A stretch of 64,000 nucleotides of DNA from Reinekea sp. (GTDB lineage Bacteria; Pseudomonadota; Gammaproteobacteria; Pseudomonadales; Natronospirillaceae): positions 47,459 through 111,458 of the forward strand of contig JBNKNI010000009.1 in NCBI GenBank assembly GCA_050293765.1, given 5' to 3'. Shown piece after piece: positions 58,712 through 64,000 of the stretch. Position numbers and translations under genes: made by a program. Each line of letters begins with the position of its first letter. The first letter of the stretch is position 1. Below the pieces are notes generated by a model. That model was not told the DNA's origin. It saw only the letters and a list, made by a program, of their open reading frames with translations, and did not search any database.

Positions 58712-59899
58712 GTGAGCGAACAGAAGCTTATTAACGCTCCAGCTAAACCCCCTTTCTGGCGAGACCCTGAAAAACGAGCTCTAGTTTTTCAAGCAATCTT
58801 CCTAGCGTTTGTCCTTTTTATTGGTTACTCCCTGGTTCGAAATACCATGGCCAACCTTGAAGCTCAGGGCATCGCATCCGGGTTTGGTTTTTTATCGACT
58901 AATACGGGTTTTGCAATTGCAGAATCACTTATCGAATACGACGAAAGTTCGACTTATTTGCAGTCTTTCTTTGTCGGTTTATCGAATACCATTTTAGTAT
59001 CCGTTATCGGTATTTTCTTCGCCACCATCCTCGGTTTTATCATGGGTATTGCCCGATTATCGAAGAACTGGCTGGTGTCACGACTTGCAGCCATTTACGT
59101 AGATACGCTGCGAAACATTCCTCTGTTGCTGCAGATATTCTTCTGGTATTTCGCGGTTCTGAGGCAGTTGCCGAATCCAAAACAGGCTTATGAATATTTT
59201 GGGGTGGTGTTCCTGTCAATTCGCGGTTTGTTTGGGCCGAAACCGATTTACGAAGAGGGTTTTGGTTGGATTGTTGCTGCCGTCATCTTTTCAATAATTG
59301 CCATTTTTGTGTTATATCGTTGGGCGAAAAAGAGACAGGAAGATACCGGTGAACGTTTCCCTGTGTTATGGACCTCAATCGCGTTGATCATCGGGCTGCC
59401 TTTGTTGGCGACGGTAATAACCGGATTCCCATTGAGTTGGGAAATCCCAGAGCTCAAAGGCTTTAACTTCCGCGGTGGTCTGGTGTTAACGCCAGAATTC
59501 TCAGCGCTGGTATTTGCACTGTCTATTTATACCTCATCCTTTATTGCGGAGATTGTCCGTTCAGGCATCCTGTCAGTCGATAAAGGGCAGACGGAAGCGG
59601 CGTACTCGCTGGGCCTGAAACCTTCTTGGACAACACGTTTGGTGATCGTGCCACAAGCTTTGCGCGTTATTATTCCGCCTTTGACCTCTCAGTATCTGAA
59701 CTTGACCAAAAACTCGTCTTTGGCTGCGGCAATTGCCTATCCGGATTTGGTTGCTGTGTTCGCGGGTACTGCGTTGAATCAGGTGGGTCAGGCCGTAGAG
59801 ATCATGGGTATGACGCTGGCGGTGTATTTATTCTTGAGTTTGTTTATATCGTTCATTATGAACTGGTATAACAGCAAAATGGCCTTAATTGAGCGATAG
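58712..59899 (+). CDS. aapQ: General L-amino-acid ABC transporter permease
   Basis: 395 aa with a GTG start (GGAGA upstream). Long N-terminal extension, then a His/Glu/Gln/Arg-type permease core (EAAYSLGL, IIPPLTSQYLNLTKNSSLA). Confidence 0.8.
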   Translation: MSEQKLINAPAKPPFWRDPEKRALVFQAIFLAFVLFIGYSLVRNTMANLEAQGIASGFGFLSTNTGFAIAESLIEYDESSTYLQSFFVGLSNTILVSVIGIFFATILGFIMGIARLSKNWLVSRLAAIYVDTLRNIPLLLQIFFWYFAVLRQLPNPKQAYEYFGVVFLSIRGLFGPKPIYEEGFGWIVAAVIFSIIAIFVLYRWAKKRQEDTGERFPVLWTSIALIIGLPLLATVITGFPLSWEIPELKGFNFRGGLVLTPEFSALVFALSIYTSSFIAEIVRSGILSVDKGQTEAAYSLGLKPSWTTRLVIVPQALRVIIPPLTSQYLNLTKNSSLAAAIAYPDLVAVFAGTALNQVGQAVEIMGMTLAVYLFLSLFISFIMNWYNSKMALIER

Positions 59900-59907
59900 G
59901 TGATGCT

Positions 59908-61023
59908 ATGACTGAACAAAAATATCCTATTGGCCAATACCCGAATCTGCCACCACCAAAGAATTCTGTCGGTGTGGTGGCTTGGCTTCGGGACAGTCTG
60001 TTTAGTAATTGGTTCAATACGTTACTGACCATTCTAGCCATTTATATTGTGATAAAAACCATTCCCGGCTTGTTGGATTGGGCATTCTTCTCTGCCGACT
60101 GGGTTGGCACTTCACGGGATGATTGCTCAAGAGAAGGAGCGTGCTGGGTTTTCATTAATGTGTGGTTCGATCAGCTGATGTACGGGCGTTTTCCGGAAGA
60201 TCAGGTTTGGCGGATTCAGGCGTCTTACATCATTGCTATTGCAGCGGCCATACCGCTGTTTATCCCAGCGGTGTCACGCAAAATAAAAACAGCATTGGCA
60301 CTGTTCTTACTGGTGTTATTTCCGATTATTTGTTTCTACCTCTACTATGGCGGCAGTTTTGGTCTGGAAGTAGTTGAAACGACGTTGTGGGGTGGACTGT
60401 TTTTAACTCTGGTTATTGCGGTTACTGGTATCGTCATGTCCTTGCCGTTGGGCATTTTGTTGGCACTGGGTCGACGCTCCAACATGCCCGTGGTTAAATC
60501 GGTTTGCATCGTGTTTATCGAGTTCTGGCGTGGGATTCCACTGATTACCGTGCTGTTTATGGCCTCGGTGATGTTCCCTCTGTTTGTTCCTGAAGAATTA
60601 AGCCCGGATAAGCTGATCCGAGCCCTCATTGGTGTGACCTTATTTTCATCTGCCTACATGGCCGAAGTTGTTCGCGGAGGATTGCAGGCCATTCCGAAAG
60701 GCCAATACGAAGCCGCTGCTGCGTTGGGACTGAATTATTGGAAAAGCATGCTGCTGATCATCTTGCCACAGGCATTGAAAATGGTGATTCCAGGCATTGT
60801 GAATACCTTTATTGGGCTGTTTAAAGATACCACGCTGGTGTTGATTATCGGGTTGTTCGATTTGCTGGGCATGGCTCAGCTGGCAGCAACTAACCCGAAT
60901 TGGCTGGGATTCTCGATAGAAGGCTATGTCTTCGCTGCACTCGGTTTCTTTGTGTTTTGTTTTACCATGAGCCGATATTCTCAGAGTTTAGAGCGCCGTT
61001 TGAACACCGGCCATCGAAATTAA
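59908..61023 (+). CDS. aapM: General L-amino-acid ABC transporter permease
   Basis: 371 aa. [11 protein letters not shown], and [19 protein letters not shown]. Confidence 0.8.
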   Translation: MTEQKYPIGQYPNLPPPKNSVGVVAWLRDSLFSNWFNTLLTILAIYIVIKTIPGLLDWAFFSADWVGTSRDDCSREGACWVFINVWFDQLMYGRFPEDQVWRIQASYIIAIAAAIPLFIPAVSRKIKTALALFLLVLFPIICFYLYYGGSFGLEVVETTLWGGLFLTLVIAVTGIVMSLPLGILLALGRRSNMPVVKSVCIVFIEFWRGIPLITVLFMASVMFPLFVPEELSPDKLIRALIGVTLFSSAYMAEVVRGGLQAIPKGQYEAAAALGLNYWKSMLLIILPQALKMVIPGIVNTFIGLFKDTTLVLIIGLFDLLGMAQLAATNPNWLGFSIEGYVFAALGFFVFCFTMSRYSQSLERRLNTGHRN

Positions 61024-61033
61024 GGAAGTTTTT

Positions 61034-61801
61034 ATGAGTGAAAATAGCCAACGCGAATTGTCAGAAGAAGTGGTTATTCAACTGAAGCAGATGCACAAGT
61101 GGTACGGTGAATTCCATGTACTGAAAGACATCAACCTGGAAGTAAAAAAGGGCGAGCGCATTGTCGTTTGTGGTCCTTCTGGTTCAGGTAAGTCCACTAT
61201 GATTCGTTGTATTAACCGGTTGGAAGAGCATCAGCAGGGTCAGATCATTGTGAATGGCATTGAACTGACTTCAGATGTTAAAAACATCGAGGAAGTTCGA
61301 CGCGAAGTCGGTATGTGTTTTCAGCACTTTAACCTGTTTCCGCATTTGACGATTCTGGAAAACCTGACATTGGCACCGATGTGGGTACGAAAAATCCCGA
61401 AAGCCGAAGCTGAAGCGACTGCGATGCATTACCTGGAGCGAGTGAAGATTCCAGACCAGGCTAACAAGTACCCAGGCCAGTTGTCTGGTGGTCAGCAGCA
61501 GCGTGTGGCTATTGCACGGTCATTGTGCATGAAACCCAAAATTATGCTGTTTGACGAACCGACTTCGGCACTGGATCCGGAAATGATTGCGGAAGTTCTG
61601 GATGTGATGGTCACACTAGCAGAAGAGGGTATGACCATGATTTGCGTAACCCACGAAATGGGTTTTGCGCGCAAGGTAGCCGACCGGGTGATCTTTATGG
61701 ATGCCGGTCAGGTCATCGAAGAAAATAACCCGCATGATTTCTTCGAAAAACCAGAGAACGAGCGAACAAAGTTGTTCTTGAGTCAGATTCTTGGGCATTA
61801 A
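61034..61801 (+). CDS. aapP: Amino-acid ABC transporter ATP-binding protein
   Basis: 255 aa. Walker [10 protein letters not shown], signature [15 protein letters not shown], Walker [12 protein letters not shown], and H-loop VTHEM. Confidence 0.88.
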   Translation: MSENSQRELSEEVVIQLKQMHKWYGEFHVLKDINLEVKKGERIVVCGPSGSGKSTMIRCINRLEEHQQGQIIVNGIELTSDVKNIEEVRREVGMCFQHFNLFPHLTILENLTLAPMWVRKIPKAEAEATAMHYLERVKIPDQANKYPGQLSGGQQQRVAIARSLCMKPKIMLFDEPTSALDPEMIAEVLDVMVTLAEEGMTMICVTHEMGFARKVADRVIFMDAGQVIEENNPHDFFEKPENERTKLFLSQILGH

Positions 61802-61815
61802 AATCCACTAAAATG

Positions 61816-61845
61816 AAAAAGCCCAGTACTTGCTGGGCTTTTTTT
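61816..61845. terminator. Bidirectional intrinsic terminator
   Basis: A5, stem GCCCAG, loop TACTTG, stem CTGGGC, then T7. Lies between the convergent aapP and rhodanese genes. Confidence 0.85.
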
Positions 61846-61856
61846 GATCGGTTACA

Positions 61857-62099
61857 TCACAAGACGTTTGCGAGACCACCTGCGTTGGTGACCTTTGTAT
61901 AACCTGCGCGTTCTAACAATGTTTTCGCAACACCGGCGCGACCACCTGAGGCGCAATACAGTGTGATTTCCTCATTCGTTTTCATCTTGCATCCTTTGCT
62001 TAATTTTATGGCCAGTTGATCGACTGGAATGTTAACCGCGCCTGGTGCATGACCCATGTGGAATTCGGCAGGGCTACGAACATCGACTAAGTGCTGCAT
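61857..62099 (-). CDS. Small single-domain rhodanese (sulfurtransferase-like)
   Basis: 80 aa with GGAGA 6 nt upstream. VDVRSPAEFHMGHAPGAVNIP and active-site loop YCASGGRAG. Confidence 0.75.
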   Translation of the reverse strand: MQHLVDVRSPAEFHMGHAPGAVNIPVDQLAIKLSKGCKMKTNEEITLYCASGGRAGVAKTLLERAGYTKVTNAGGLANVL

Positions 62100-62206
62100 T
62101 GGAAGTCTCCAAATAAAGTAAGTGTTGGATGTATATTAGTTTATTCTAATTTATGTGCAACAGCTTAATTTGAACCTCAATGTCCCATATTTGAGACAAT
62201 CAACGG

Positions 62207-62752
62207 TTACCTTGCCAAAGCAGATTCAACCTCATCTCGTTGCTGGATACCGAACAGCTGTTCAACCAAGAAAAGCGAAAAATCCAGTGCGACACCCGGC
62301 CCTCGACCGGTGATGATATGGCCATCCATTTCAATCGCGTTCCCGGTATTGGTCCAACTGCCTTCGTAATCGGCCAGTGCCTGGGGGTAGCTGGTGATGG
62401 TTCTGTTATTCAAAATGCCCGCAGCGGCTAATGCACGGGGAGCAGCGCAGATCGCAGCGACTGGTTTATTCAGTCCATCCTGATTTTTAATGAGTTGTTG
62501 CAAGATCGGATCGGACGCCAGATGGTCAGCGCCGGGCAGACCGCCGGGCAATACGATTAAATCAAAACTATCTTCCTCCAGATCGCCGAGCAGCGTGTCT
62601 GGAACCAGTGTTGCGCCTCGGCTGGCCTTGACCGGACCACCGAGAAGCCCTGCGGTGATCACTTTAGCACCAGCGCGGGTTAGTATGTCGGTGATAGTGA
62701 TAGCTTCCAGTTCTTCGCACCCATCAGCCAGGGGTACCAGTACGGTTTTCAT
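62207..62752 (-). CDS. DJ-1/PfpI-family protein (YajL/ThiJ-like)
   Basis: 181 aa from MKTVLVPLADGCEELEA (AGGAGGAG upstream). Nucleophile-elbow AAICAAP, and GRGPGVALDF. The tracked ORF's 70 extra N-terminal codons are rejected. Confidence 0.82.
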   Translation of the reverse strand: MKTVLVPLADGCEELEAITITDILTRAGAKVITAGLLGGPVKASRGATLVPDTLLGDLEEDSFDLIVLPGGLPGADHLASDPILQQLIKNQDGLNKPVAAICAAPRALAAAGILNNRTITSYPQALADYEGSWTNTGNAIEMDGHIITGRGPGVALDFSLFLVEQLFGIQQRDEVESALAR

Positions 62753-62993
62753 TGTTTCGCTCCTCCTGTATTCGGTTCTTGTTGAATTGCTGCTGGTGTA
62801 CTTGTCATGTGTTAGCTTGCTTGCGTTGCGAATTGGGGCAACGTGTATTCGGTGGCAAGTGGCAGCGGCGAAATGTTTAGTTTGGACCTTCAATCTTCTT
62901 CTGTCACCGTTTAAAAGCCAAGACGTCTGGGGTATTCTTGCCTGTCCGCAATGCTGGGTCATTTACCCGGTTTTTTTAACACTGATAATGTGA

Positions 62994-64000
<1,007 letters not shown>

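Noticed and set aside
61857-62099. The 80-aa rhodanese as a truncated pseudogene.
   Set aside because: A strong GGAGA lies 6 nt upstream of its ATG, the active-site loop CASGGRAG is intact, and a terminator follows. It is more likely a genuine minimal single-domain rhodanese.

Overview
The window looks like chromosomal core DNA from a marine-type gammaproteobacterium, about 50% GC, densely coded on both strands. I saw no rRNA, tRNA, CRISPR array, transposase, integrase or phage genes.

Content in order:
- yaeQ (5' part, runs off the left edge)
- a cytoplasmic PAS hybrid histidine kinase, an alpha/beta hydrolase, and rluA
- an acidic disordered protein divergent from a DUF2956-like gene
- a second hydrolase plus a secreted YHS-domain protein, a GNAT acetyltransferase, and a Na/Pi cotransporter with a coupled 81-aa charged protein
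- a two-gene secreted cellulase locus: GH9 with two CBM4_9-like modules and a GlyGly-CTERM-like tail, and GH5 with two CBM6 modules
- a NUDIX hydrolase
- an overlap-coupled chain of a membrane-anchored protein, mutY, a MATE pump and yggX
- ilvD, then a second PAS hybrid kinase paralogous to the first
- oppABCDF
- PilZ, pbpC and a thioester alpha-2-macroglobulin
- msrA and a yfcL-like gene, pyrF, argA, and hemN with a perfect FNR box
- crp divergent from an OsmC/yhfA-like gene
- a CYTH-CHAD protein coupled to an orphan GspE-family ATPase
- argG, a second PilZ, a YdcF-family gene, and a 7TMR-DISM hybrid kinase
- an unclassified 499-aa permease divergent from an OFA-type MFS transporter, with another perfect FNR box between them
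- a second YHS-domain paralog, aapJQMP, a small rhodanese, a DJ-1/YajL-like gene, and the 5' part of leuS (runs off the right edge)

I found no clear-cut new defence or mobile system. The arrangements most worth follow-up are:
- the CYTH-CHAD / orphan secretion-ATPase pair
- the MATE pump embedded in the mutY-yggX oxidative-damage operon
- the PilZ-pbpC-A2M cluster
- the GlyGly-CTERM-like sorting signal on a cellulase
- the two FNR boxes and a LacI-type operator upstream of the cellulases

All family assignments come from reading motifs in the translations by eye. No database search was run.
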